A stretch of 64,000 nt of DNA from an uncultured Pelagibacteraceae bacterium (GCA_902582315.1 CACHRP010000006.1:3713-67712); one strand, 5' to 3'; shown: positions 40,721 through 49,301, counted from the stretch's first letter. The notes: generated by a model from the sequence alone, not told the origin. Numbers and translations are program-made.

Positions 40721-41272
40721 TCATATACTTTCTTTTTTAATAATCTCTTTCAATCTTTCAATCATCATTAAAGGTGTTTCCATTGCTGGATATACCTTAT
40801 GAGCCTCTATGTAACTATCAATAGCTTTTTGATAATTTTTCATCGCAGTTTGAACAAGTCCTTGTCCAGATAAAGCACCAAAATGCCTTTTCTCTAATTT
40901 CAAAACCATGTCTATATCATTTTGTGATAACTCAAGGTTCCCCATTAAATAAAGAACTGTAGCTCTTTTATTCCAAGCTTCAGCCCAATTAGGATCAAGT
41001 TCGATTGCTTTTGAAAATACATTATGTGCACTAGTTAATTGGTTTTGAGCCATATATTTTGAACCTTTCGCTAAAAGATTTGTTAAGCTTTCCTGCGAAG
41101 GGTGTGTTGTCCATAATTTCCAGATTTTTCCCTCAATTTGTTTCGCAGACATCGGATTATTTGTTTTTTTTAATCTTTCAAATAATTCATCTAGTTTTGC
41201 AGCAGTTTCATTCTGGGCTAAAGTTCCAGAAGAAAATAAAAATATGAAAAATATTAAAAATATTTTTTTCAC
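40721..41272 (-). CDS. TPR-repeat protein with signal peptide
   Basis: P.WAEAWNKRAT..YL.G, L.LE.RHFGALSG.G motifs. Confidence 0.85.
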   Translation of the reverse strand: MKKIFLIFFIFLFSSGTLAQNETAAKLDELFERLKKTNNPMSAKQIEGKIWKLWTTHPSQESLTNLLAKGSKYMAQNQLTSAHNVFSKAIELDPNWAEAWNKRATVLYLMGNLELSQNDIDMVLKLEKRHFGALSGQGLVQTAMKNYQKAIDSYIEAHKVYPAMETPLMMIERLKEIIKKESI

Positions 41273-41593
41273 TTATTTCGACATAGGTGTGGCACCTGTC
41301 TCCAAGCTTACAATTTTACCATCTTTAAACTTATAAACAGCCATAACCGCTTCGACATTTCCATCGTCAAAAGTCACGATTGCATGATGAACACCAACCT
41401 CATTATTTTCATAAACTATTCTTGACTTATCTTGTTTTATATCACCACTCATGGCCCATTTAATTACATCTGCTTTGCCAAGAGTATTTCCAGATTTATG
41501 CATAGTAAATTTAAAATCATCATGCAAAAGTTGGTTCATTACTGCTTCGTCCTTATTTTTTATAGCATTACTGTAGTTTTCTAATATAGACAT
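41273..41593 (-). CDS. NTF2/SnoaL-like protein
   Basis: 106 aa; LLHDDF, FKDGKI pattern; strong SD AAGGAG. Confidence 0.7.
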   Translation of the reverse strand: MSILENYSNAIKNKDEAVMNQLLHDDFKFTMHKSGNTLGKADVIKWAMSGDIKQDKSRIVYENNEVGVHHAIVTFDDGNVEAVMAVYKFKDGKIVSLETGATPMSK

Positions 41594-41613
41594 TTTATCT
41601 CCTTTATTAATTA

Positions 41614-42030
41614 TTAAACGTAAATTTTATCAGCTAAACCATAGCACAGAATTGCACTCAGAATAGTTAAAACTAATGGTGCATATATTCCATCATCTCG
41701 AGTTTTTTTGTTTATACCTGTCTTGTCAATTTTTAGTGAATAAAAATTTATAACTAGGATTGATGCATTAATTATAAAAATTAAATTAAAGAAAGCCCAA
41801 GTTGCTTCTAAACCCCCCGATCTAACAAAAGCAACGTAGATAGCCATAATCACTGTTGCAACCATAAATGAACCACCAAACCGTGTTAATAAGGTTGCAG
41901 ATTTGTCTACCCCTCTACCTTTAAGAAAGTTTTTAGTATCGAATACTAGTTGGTAAGCATAAGCTCCCACTATTCCAAAATGAACCAAGTAAATAATTAA
42001 ATAAAAAATATTATTAAATTTTTCAATCAT
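41614..42030 (-). CDS. Membrane protein of unknown function
   Basis: 138 aa, four hydrophobic segments. Confidence 0.6.
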   Translation of the reverse strand: MIEKFNNIFYLIIYLVHFGIVGAYAYQLVFDTKNFLKGRGVDKSATLLTRFGGSFMVATVIMAIYVAFVRSGGLEATWAFFNLIFIINASILVINFYSLKIDKTGINKKTRDDGIYAPLVLTILSAILCYGLADKIYV

Positions 42031-42319
42031 TAGAATCTCCTTTTATTATTATTAAGTTACCTTCAGAATTATTTAATCGCAAATGCTTAATTAACTCATA
42101 CTCTTCTGAATTGTACCACTCCAAAGCTTTTTCATATGTTGGAAATTTAATTACTACATTTCTTGAGTAATCCCATTTACCTTCTAAATGTTTGAATTCA
42201 CCAGCTCTAACAAGATATTTTCCCCCAAATGAAGCAATAGATTTAGGAACTTTTTCCGCGTATTCTCTATAACCTTCTTTGTGTTTGAGATTTATTTGAG
42301 CAATAACGTAACCAGACAT
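42023..42319 (-). CDS. DUF1330 family protein
   Basis: FGGKYLVRAG...LEG.W, VVIKFPTYEKALEWYNSEEY motifs. Confidence 0.9.
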   Translation of the reverse strand: MSGYVIAQINLKHKEGYREYAEKVPKSIASFGGKYLVRAGEFKHLEGKWDYSRNVVIKFPTYEKALEWYNSEEYELIKHLRLNNSEGNLIIIKGDSND

Positions 42320-42329
42320 TTTTTAATAT

Positions 42330-42707
42330 TTAATATAAAGTCTGAACTACTTTTTCTACTCTTGCTTTTCCATCTGGAATAGTTTTTTCTAAAAAAGCAT
42401 GGCAACCATCAGTTAACTCTTTATTATATTTAGAACCATAATGTTTATCTACAGCTTTGTTAGTTCCTTCATCCCAATCTTTCTCTTTAATACCAATCTC
42501 TAAAGCATATGCTTTCCATACTTTAACTGATGAAATAGACTTTTCTTTCATACTGTACTCAAACGTCTCTCCTGAAGGCAAAAAGTAGTTAGCCATATAT
42601 ATACCAACACAATCCCATGCTTTTTCCATATCTTTCTTGCTTAAATCTCCTGCATTAGCAGAATTAATAAAAACGATGCTAAATAAAATTAAAAATAATT
42701 TTTTCAT
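42330..42707 (-). CDS. Secreted hypothetical protein
   Basis: Signal peptide ending ANA; two Cys. Confidence 0.65.
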   Translation of the reverse strand: MKKLFLILFSIVFINSANAGDLSKKDMEKAWDCVGIYMANYFLPSGETFEYSMKEKSISSVKVWKAYALEIGIKEKDWDEGTNKAVDKHYGSKYNKELTDGCHAFLEKTIPDGKARVEKVVQTLY

Positions 42708-42709
42708 AA

Positions 42710-43000
42710 TTAAACCTCTACTTTAGATAATTCCCATAATTGTACATTGTCCACGCATTCAGCATAAATCGCTTTAGCTTTTGGGTTATTTCCAGAAACG
42801 AATTCTTTCATTCCTGCCTCGTTATGAACTGAAACTTTAAATAGAATGCCACTTTTGTCAGGCTTCATTCCTCCAATAGTTTTTTCAGGATAAGCAACAC
42901 TTTTCCTTACCTCCATACCTTCATCAGATTGCATCCATCCCATAAAAGTTTCTAGTTTACCTTCTTTAAGATTAACTAAAGCTAACATTTCTTTTTCCAT
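42710..43000 (-). CDS. Small hypothetical protein
   Basis: 96 aa, 7 Met; SD AAGGGAG. Confidence 0.65.
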   Translation of the reverse strand: MEKEMLALVNLKEGKLETFMGWMQSDEGMEVRKSVAYPEKTIGGMKPDKSGILFKVSVHNEAGMKEFVSGNNPKAKAIYAECVDNVQLWELSKVEV

Positions 43001-43029
43001 TTTATTTCTTCTCCCTTGTTGTAAATGAT

Positions 43030-43413
43030 TTATTTTTTCATCGCGTTAAACATGCTTAGAGTATCATCAAAAGTCATCATAATTTTTGTTTTTCCATTAT
43101 CACTAACTTCAAAATAATGACCAAACATAGTATCCATGTTGTCAGCAGTTGCATGTACTCTAACAAATACTTTATTACCTTCACTGATCATATCTAAAAT
43201 TTTTAAATGGAAATTTGGCCATGTTGCTGGAATTTTTGACATTGCAGCCATCATTGCTTGTTTACCTTTGTGAACTCCTGATAATGGGTGAACTCCTTCT
43301 TTACCTGGAAATGTCCATACGATATTGTCATCAATCATATCATTAAAAAAAGTTTCCATATCGCCTTTACCAAAAAGCTCGTAAGCTTTTCTTGTTTGTT
43401 CTTTAACGTCCAT
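43030..43413 (-). CDS. NTF2/SnoaL-like protein, Met-rich
   Basis: YELFGKGD, VW..PG...P.SG.H.GK, EG.KVFV pattern; 13 Met in 127 aa. Confidence 0.75.
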   Translation of the reverse strand: MDVKEQTRKAYELFGKGDMETFFNDMIDDNIVWTFPGKEGVHPLSGVHKGKQAMMAAMSKIPATWPNFHLKILDMISEGNKVFVRVHATADNMDTMFGHYFEVSDNGKTKIMMTFDDTLSMFNAMKK

Positions 43414-43450
43414 TTTCCCTCCTTTTGTTTATATTTTTGTATTGCTTGAT

Positions 43451-43735
43451 TTACATTTTTGAAAAGTCCATAACCTGCGAACATTCTTCAGAAGTAGTGT
43501 CAAAAAAATTGTTCATATCTCCTAATTGATCAATAATTGCTTGAGGACTTTCTGCTTGCCATTTACAATACATGTTCATTGAATCACCTGCACACATCAT
43601 GGTCATATGGCATACAGCTTTTTCACCGTTTACTCCCTTTTTTAAATCCTCAGGAGAAGTAGACCCTACAACCTCATGAAATTTCTTCTTCATTTCTTCA
43701 GATTTGAATACGTGTGTTGCTAAATAGTCTTTCAT
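43451..43735 (-). CDS. Small Met/Cys-rich protein, possibly DUF4242-like
   Basis: 94 aa from ATG 43735; YC.WQA.SP.A pattern; 10 Met and 4 Cys. Confidence 0.6.
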   Translation of the reverse strand: MKDYLATHVFKSEEMKKKFHEVVGSTSPEDLKKGVNGEKAVCHMTMMCAGDSMNMYCKWQAESPQAIIDQLGDMNNFFDTTSEECSQVMDFSKM

Positions 43736-43736
43736 A

Positions 43737-43786
43737 ATACATCCTTTCAATATTACATTTAACCTTAATATAATGTTGGAATGTAT
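43737..43786 (-). promoter_or_regulatory. 5'-UTR hairpin sequestering the SD of the 43735 gene
   Basis: Minus strand ATACATTCCAACATTATATT-aaggtta-AATGTAATATTG-aaa-GGATGTAT-T-ATG; 19 of 20 positions pair, including two G-U pairs. Confidence 0.5.
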
Positions 43787-43815
43787 AGATTTTATTACAA
43801 TGCAGGTATGCGGTC

Positions 43816-44817
43816 TTATATCCAGTTGGGAAAAGGAAGGCCCTTTTCTTGAAGAAATTTTTTATTAAACAGCTTTGAGTTGTATTTATCTGATCGATCA
43901 CAGAGTATTGTTACAATAGTTTTTCCTGGTCCAAGCTTTTTACCCAATCTAATAGCTCCTGCAATATTTACCCCACAACTTGTTCCTAGACTTAAACCTT
44001 CATTCTGAATTAGATCATATAAAATTGGTAGTGATTCTTTATCTTCAATTGAAAAAGCTCCGTCAATTTTAGCCTCTGCAAAATTAGCTGTTACTCTACT
44101 TGAGCCAATACCTTCGGTTATTGAATTTCCTTCTCCTTTAAGTTCTCCATTTTCTATATAATTGTATAAAGAAGATCCAGCGGGATCAGATAAATAAATT
44201 TTTACATCTTTACTTTTTTCTTTTAAATAACTGCTCACACCTGCAATTGTTCCCCCAGTTCCAGAAGCGCAAACAAATGCATCTACCTTTCCATCTGTTT
44301 GATCCCAAATTTCAGGTCCAGTTGTTTCATAATGGCCTTTTGAATTAGCAGTATTATCAAATTGATTTGCCCAAACTACACCATGATTGTTTGAACTTTT
44401 TAACTCATCAGCAAGTCTTCCTGCAACTTTTACGTAATTTCCATCATCTTTATATGGTTTTGGCGGAACAAGTCTTAAATCTGCACCAATATTTTTTAGC
44501 ATATCTTTTTTTTCTTGTGTTTGATTATCGTTCATTACAATTACAGTTTTATAGCCAACTGAATTTCCTATCAAACATAGACCAATACCTGTATTTCCAG
44601 CAGTGCCCTCAACTATGGTTCCACCTTTTGATATTAGTTTTTTTTCTTCTGCGTCTTTAATTAAAGCTAAAGCTGCTCTATCTTTTACTGATCCACCCGG
44701 ATTTAAATATTCAGCTTTTCCGTAAATATTACAGCCAGTAATTTCTGAGGCTGCTTTTAGTTTTACTAATGGAGTGTTTCCAATACCAGAGATAAAGTTA
44801 TTCTGAGTGTTCTTCAT
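43816..44817 (-). CDS. cysK: Cysteine synthase (O-acetylserine thiol-lyase family)
   Basis: [15 protein letters not shown] (PLP Lys), [22 protein letters not shown] motifs. Confidence 0.85.
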   Translation of the reverse strand: MKNTQNNFISGIGNTPLVKLKAASEITGCNIYGKAEYLNPGGSVKDRAALALIKDAEEKKLISKGGTIVEGTAGNTGIGLCLIGNSVGYKTVIVMNDNQTQEKKDMLKNIGADLRLVPPKPYKDDGNYVKVAGRLADELKSSNNHGVVWANQFDNTANSKGHYETTGPEIWDQTDGKVDAFVCASGTGGTIAGVSSYLKEKSKDVKIYLSDPAGSSLYNYIENGELKGEGNSITEGIGSSRVTANFAEAKIDGAFSIEDKESLPILYDLIQNEGLSLGTSCGVNIAGAIRLGKKLGPGKTIVTILCDRSDKYNSKLFNKKFLQEKGLPFPNWI

Positions 44818-45382
44818 TTTTTTCTTCGTTACTTATACCATAAGGTTTAAATTCTTCCGTTGCAGTTCCAACATTTTTAGCTGGTATCCCTACCATAACA
44901 CCATTTTCAGGAACATCTTTTGTCACTACGGCGTTAGCTCCAATTTTTGCATTCTTTCCAATGGTTATTGGTCCTAAAACTTGTGCACCTGATCCGACTA
45001 CAACATTATCTTGTAGGGTAGGGTGTCTTTTAATTTCTCTTTGACTATCGGAATTTATACTTGGTGAGATACCACCAAGTGTCGCCATATGATAAATTGT
45101 AACGTTGTCTCCTATATCTGATGTTTCACCTATTACAACTCCCATACCGTGATCAATAAATAAATTTTTTCCAATTTTTGCTTTTGGATGAATTTCAATG
45201 CCAGTCATAAATCTTGAAAACTGTGAAATTATTCTTGCAACCAAATCAAATTTTGCAATTGCAAAAAAATTTGCAATCCTATGCATAAATACAGCCTTCA
45301 CTCCTGGATATGTTAAAATCACTGACAGCTTTGATTTTGCTGCAGGATCTCTTTTTATAATAGATTCTAAAAATTCATTCAT
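44798..45382 (-). CDS. cysE: Serine O-acetyltransferase
   Basis: [39 protein letters not shown] motifs. Confidence 0.95.
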   Translation of the reverse strand: MNEFLESIIKRDPAAKSKLSVILTYPGVKAVFMHRIANFFAIAKFDLVARIISQFSRFMTGIEIHPKAKIGKNLFIDHGMGVVIGETSDIGDNVTIYHMATLGGISPSINSDSQREIKRHPTLQDNVVVGSGAQVLGPITIGKNAKIGANAVVTKDVPENGVMVGIPAKNVGTATEEFKPYGISNEEKNEEHSE

Positions 45383-45420
45383 AATTCTTTTTATTTTTTA
45401 GGATTAACTAAAAATTACTT

Positions 45421-45534
45421 TTAACAACAGCAACAAGTGTTTTCTGGTTTGCACAAACATTCTTGGCCGTTTTCACAAGCACAAGTGTCATTAGTGCAAT
45501 TGGTACAAATGCATTTTGGATTTTCGCATGCCAT
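45421..45534 (-). CDS. Metallothionein-like Cys-rich peptide, 37 aa, 12 Cys (not in ORF track)
   Basis: MACENPKCICTNCTNDTCACENGQECLCKPENTCCCC*. ATG 45534, TAA 45421-45423; Cys codons are mixed TGT/TGC; same strand as both neighbours. Confidence 0.85.
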   Translation of the reverse strand: MACENPKCICTNCTNDTCACENGQECLCKPENTCCCC

Positions 45535-45587
45535 GATTAAGATATAAATATTAATTGGCTAATTACAATACTTTTATTTACCGCAAA

Positions 45588-46280
45588 TTATAACTGTTCT
45601 AAAGTAAGCCCTTTAACATTAGCGGGGACTGCAACATCCATCATCTTAGGATTTGCTAGTTTTAGATTCTCCATTATCTCAGCATACTCTTCTTTTGAAC
45701 TCACTTGTAATCTTGGGTTATTATTTCTCTCTGTTTCAATCGTTGAAAACTTTTTACCGTTATAATCATGTGCTGGATAAACTAGGGTTTTTTCAGGAAG
45801 TTTTAATAATTTATTAAACAGTGAGTCGTAAGCATCAAATGAGCTGCCATTTTGAAAATCTGTTCTTCCTGTGCCATTTATTAACAAAGTATCTCCAGTA
45901 AAAACTCTATCCTTCATAAAATAACTGTAGGAACAATCCGTATGACCAGGTGTGTACATAGCTTTTAATTCTATGTTCTCAATATTAATTTTTTCGTTAT
46001 CTTTAACTTTAATATCTATAACTTCTGATTTAGAATTTTCTCCCATTATTCGTGTACAGCTAGTTCTTTTATTTAACTCGTTAAGGGCAGTAATATGATC
46101 AGCGTGAATATGTGTATCTATTACTTTAACTAATTTTAATTTTAGCTTTTCCAAAATTTTTAAATATTCATTAGTGTGTTCAATAACTGGATCAATAATT
46201 AATGCCTCTCGCCCTTCACCGCTTGATATAATGTAAGTGTAAGTTGAAGATTTAGTATCAAATAACTGCTCAAAGATCAT
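45588..46280 (-). CDS. ETHE1-like persulfide dioxygenase (metallo-beta-lactamase fold)
   Basis: STYTYI, THIHADHITA, TPGHT, FTGD.LL..G.GRTDFQ, YPAHDY, NPRL motifs. Confidence 0.85.
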   Translation of the reverse strand: MIFEQLFDTKSSTYTYIISSGEGREALIIDPVIEHTNEYLKILEKLKLKLVKVIDTHIHADHITALNELNKRTSCTRIMGENSKSEVIDIKVKDNEKINIENIELKAMYTPGHTDCSYSYFMKDRVFTGDTLLINGTGRTDFQNGSSFDAYDSLFNKLLKLPEKTLVYPAHDYNGKKFSTIETERNNNPRLQVSSKEEYAEIMENLKLANPKMMDVAVPANVKGLTLEQL

Positions 46281-46289
46281 GATTTCCTA

Positions 46290-46331
46290 ATATTATAAAA
46301 AATTGCAAGGCAAATCAATCTTGCATATAAT
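46290..46331. promoter_or_regulatory. Overlapping divergent sigma70 promoters with inverted repeat TGCAAG-N10-CTTGCA
   Basis: Plus strand TTGCAA(46303)-N17-TATAAT(46326); minus strand TTGATT-N17-TAATAT; inverted repeat at 46304-46325. Confidence 0.55.
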
Positions 46332-46363
46332 TTAATTATAAAAACTAATCGAGGGTAATTATT

Positions 46364-47026
46364 ATGACACTTAAAATAAATAGCTTAGCTCCTGATTTTA
46401 AAGCAAAAACTCAAGAAGGCGACATATCGTTTCATGAGTGGCTTGGTGATAGTTGGGGTGTTTTGTTTTCACATCCAAAAGATTTTACACCAGTTTGCAC
46501 AACTGAATTAGGTTCATTAGCAAAAATGAAACCAGAGTTTGACGCAAGAAACGTAAAAGTTTTAGGACTTAGTGTAGATCCAGTTTCTGACCACGTAAAA
46601 TGGTTAGAAGACATTAAAGATGTTTGTGGAATGAAACCAACTTATCCAATCATTGCAGATGAAAAATTGGAAGTGGCAAAACTTTACAATATGTTAGAAG
46701 GTGATGCTGGCGTTACTTCAATGGGAAGAACAGCTGTAGACAATGAAACAGTAAGAACTGTTTATATAATTAGACCGGATAAAAGAATTGGTTTATTTTT
46801 AACATATCCAATGACAACAGGAAGAAACTTTGCAGAAATACTAAGAGCAATAGACTCTATGCAGAGAACTGCTAAACATAAAATAGCTACTCCTGCTGAT
46901 TGGAAACCAGGAGAGGATGTAATTATTGTTCCCAAGGTAACTAACGAGGAAGCAAAGAAAATATATCCTGATGGATGGGAAACCGTAAAACCTTACTTAA
47001 GAAAAGTTCCAGATCCAAATAAATAA
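46364..47026 (+). CDS. 1-Cys peroxiredoxin (Prx6 family)
   Basis: FSHPKDFTPVCTTELG, YPMTTGRNF.E, ATPADW motifs. Confidence 0.93.
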   Translation: MTLKINSLAPDFKAKTQEGDISFHEWLGDSWGVLFSHPKDFTPVCTTELGSLAKMKPEFDARNVKVLGLSVDPVSDHVKWLEDIKDVCGMKPTYPIIADEKLEVAKLYNMLEGDAGVTSMGRTAVDNETVRTVYIIRPDKRIGLFLTYPMTTGRNFAEILRAIDSMQRTAKHKIATPADWKPGEDVIIVPKVTNEEAKKIYPDGWETVKPYLRKVPDPNK

Positions 47027-47034
47027 TTTTAAGA

Positions 47035-47076
47035 TTAAAACCGACGACTTTTGTTAAAAAAAGTTGTTGGTTTTAA
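47035..47076 (+). terminator. Intrinsic terminator hairpin after the peroxiredoxin gene
   Basis: TTAAAACCGACGACTTTT-gttaaa-AAAAGTTGTTGGTTTTAA; 18-bp stem whose two non-Watson-Crick positions are G-U pairs only in the plus-strand RNA. Confidence 0.7.
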
Positions 47077-47771
47077 TTTATTATTTTAAAAATATCTTTC
47101 TCATCCACTATACGCATAAATTTATTATGATGAGTATAATAGTCTTCAAATGTTAAATTTTTAAAATTCTTTATTTCGTGAGTTAGAATATCTTTATTTG
47201 TTCTTTTAAGAACAAGACCTAATCCTTGATCAGCTTTAATTGTATAGGTATCAATATCTTCTCTTGTTCTAGATTTTACAATTGATTTCCAAACGTCACC
47301 ATTCCAACTCGAGTGTGTTTGAGGAATAGTTTGGTGCCAAATTTTTGAAGGTAAGCAATCGTGAATTAAAATAACACCATTGTCATTTAATACTTTTAGA
47401 GAGTTATCTATATCCTTTAATACTTGCTCGTATACATGTAGGCCATCAATAAATATAAGATCAAAAGTACTTTTGTTTTCTGCAAAAAATTGATCACTAG
47501 TCATTCTGTGCGTACCTCCTGATTGTGGATCTACTCCTACTTTTTCATTAATAATAATCTTAGAAAAGTTAACATCACTTTGACAACCAACTTCTAAATA
47601 AGAATTAAATTGTTTCTTTTTTATAATTTGGTTTATTAAATCAAACCTACTTGACGTTTTATGCCAATCATAATTTAGTTTCTTTGAAAATCTTTCTTTA
47701 GTTAGGAAATATAAAAATCTTCTTAAATATAAGGTAAACTTACTTGGTAAATCGTCATTTCTAATTATCAT
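47073..47771 (-). CDS. Class I SAM-dependent methyltransferase (Methyltransf_24-like)
   Basis: YLEVG, MTSD.FF, FDLIFIDGLH.YEQV, LIHDC.P, WNGDVWK motifs. Confidence 0.8.
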   Translation of the reverse strand: MIIRNDDLPSKFTLYLRRFLYFLTKERFSKKLNYDWHKTSSRFDLINQIIKKKQFNSYLEVGCQSDVNFSKIIINEKVGVDPQSGGTHRMTSDQFFAENKSTFDLIFIDGLHVYEQVLKDIDNSLKVLNDNGVILIHDCLPSKIWHQTIPQTHSSWNGDVWKSIVKSRTREDIDTYTIKADQGLGLVLKRTNKDILTHEIKNFKNLTFEDYYTHHNKFMRIVDEKDIFKIIN

Positions 47772-48469
47772 TTTGAGTATTTTTTCATAGAAATTTGAGC
47801 TAGTAACAAGTTTGGATCGATAAATATTTTAGACTCTTTTACTTTCTTAAATGATTTATAAGCAAATATTGCAATTGGTATCTCAGTGCATCCTAAAATT
47901 ATTTTTTTACACTTCATTTTAAGAAGATAATTTACCGCTGGCCTCAATACTCTTTCTGCATCTTTTACTTTACCCATCTTCACAAGGTTAATAGCTTTAT
48001 TTACACTTTTTTTTTGAATAAATTTGTTTGGACTTATCAAACTAAAATTTTTATCAAAGTATTTATTATAAACCTTTGTTTCAAGCGTTGCCTCAGTACA
48101 AAGTATTCCAATTTTAGAATTGTTTTTACAAGTCTTTTTTGCATGTAAAAAAACTTCTTTTGGCATACTTAATATTGGAATTTTAATGTGTTTTTGAATA
48201 TCTTTGTGCCAATAGTGAGCCGTATTACAAGGCATAACAATAAATTTACATTTATTTTTTTGCAGAAGTCTACAGCCTGCAATTAAGCTTTTAAGAACAT
48301 TTTTATATTTTTTTAAATTTTTTATTCTGTTCGGAATTTTTGATTTATTATAAAGCATGAACATAGGATATTTTTGATCAATTTTTCCTCTATTGATCAC
48401 TGCCAGCTTGTTACAAAAGTCTAAACCTGCCCTGGTACCCATTCCACCTAGAATTCCAATCATAAGCAA
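47768..48469 (-). CDS. Aspartate/glutamate racemase family protein
   Basis: IGILGGMG, PCNTAH, ILGCTEIP two-Cys motifs. Confidence 0.88.
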   Translation of the reverse strand: MLMIGILGGMGTRAGLDFCNKLAVINRGKIDQKYPMFMLYNKSKIPNRIKNLKKYKNVLKSLIAGCRLLQKNKCKFIVMPCNTAHYWHKDIQKHIKIPILSMPKEVFLHAKKTCKNNSKIGILCTEATLETKVYNKYFDKNFSLISPNKFIQKKSVNKAINLVKMGKVKDAERVLRPAVNYLLKMKCKKIILGCTEIPIAIFAYKSFKKVKESKIFIDPNLLLAQISMKKYSK

Positions 48470-48546
48470 TGTTGATATTATTTTTAAAAATATTGCAAGA
48501 TATTTATCTCAATTAAGATAAAAGGTACCAAATAGAATTATTATTT

Positions 48547-49164
48547 ATGAGTTTTTTGTTTTTAGGTTTTTTTACAGGACTTAGTTTAATCTTAGCTTTG
48601 GGCGCCCAAAATATTTTTGTTATAGAACAAGGTCTTAAAAAAAATTACATATTCATTGTTTGTTTAATATGCTCTTTATCCGACCTTATTTTAATATTTT
48701 TTGGAATTTTCCTTTTTAATTTTTTTGAAAATTATCTATCAGGGATAGTTGAATTTATTTTAAATATTTTATTATTGATATTTTTAATTTATTTTATATT
48801 TGAAAAAATAAAGTCAAATTATAAAAATGTTAGTTTTGATGAACAAAAAAGAACCTTATCTTTTAAAAGCGTAACAATAAAAACTCTTGGATTTACCTAT
48901 TTGAACCCACATGTTTATTCAGATACTGTTTTTTTTCTTGGAAATTTTTCTAAAAATTTTGAAATTTTTAATAAATATTATTTCGGTATTGGAGCAGCAA
49001 TTTCATCATTTATCTTCTTTTTTTCATTAGGATATATGTCAAAATTTTTTTCAAATTATTTAAAAGGTGAAAAAATTTGGAAATATATAAATAACTTTAT
49101 AATTATTTTTATGAGTGGCTTATGTATATATATTTTGAGTGATTTGTATGATTATTTTATTTAA
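48547..49164 (+). CDS. LysE/ArgO family amino-acid exporter
   Basis: LILALGAQN.FV..QG, TYLNPHVY.DT motifs. Confidence 0.85.
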   Translation: MSFLFLGFFTGLSLILALGAQNIFVIEQGLKKNYIFIVCLICSLSDLILIFFGIFLFNFFENYLSGIVEFILNILLLIFLIYFIFEKIKSNYKNVSFDEQKRTLSFKSVTIKTLGFTYLNPHVYSDTVFFLGNFSKNFEIFNKYYFGIGAAISSFIFFFSLGYMSKFFSNYLKGEKIWKYINNFIIIFMSGLCIYILSDLYDYFI

Positions 49165-49289
49165 GAAAAGTTAATAAATCCAAGCCAAGCCAAAATAAAA
49201 ACTGCTAACCAAAGCAAACCTTTTATTAAAAAAAATAAAAAACTCCCAGTAATAAGATACTTGATAATTTTTTTAATTTGATTTTTCAA
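49161..49289 (-). CDS. Small membrane protein, 42 aa, TTG start (not in ORF track)
   Basis: MKNQIKKIIKYLITGSFLFFLIKGLLWLAVFILAWLGFINFS*. Fills the gap after the hpsN-like gene; contains FLFFLIKGLLWL. Confidence 0.65.
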   Translation of the reverse strand: MKNQIKKIIKYLITGSFLFFLIKGLLWLAVFILAWLGFINFS

Positions 49290-49301
49290 TATATACTAAA
49301 C

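Noticed and set aside
39691-43735. Integron cassette array
   Set aside because: Spacers are too short for attC sites, no repeated GTTRRRY-bounded elements were seen, and there is no integrase.
45421-45440. ACA/GCA repeat interpreted as a microsatellite
   Set aside because: It is the CCCC end of a longer ORF whose Cys codons vary at the third position throughout, which points to protein-level selection.
49176-49195. Short CCAAG tandem repeat
   Set aside because: Only about 2.5 units, explained by codons of the small minus-strand ORF.
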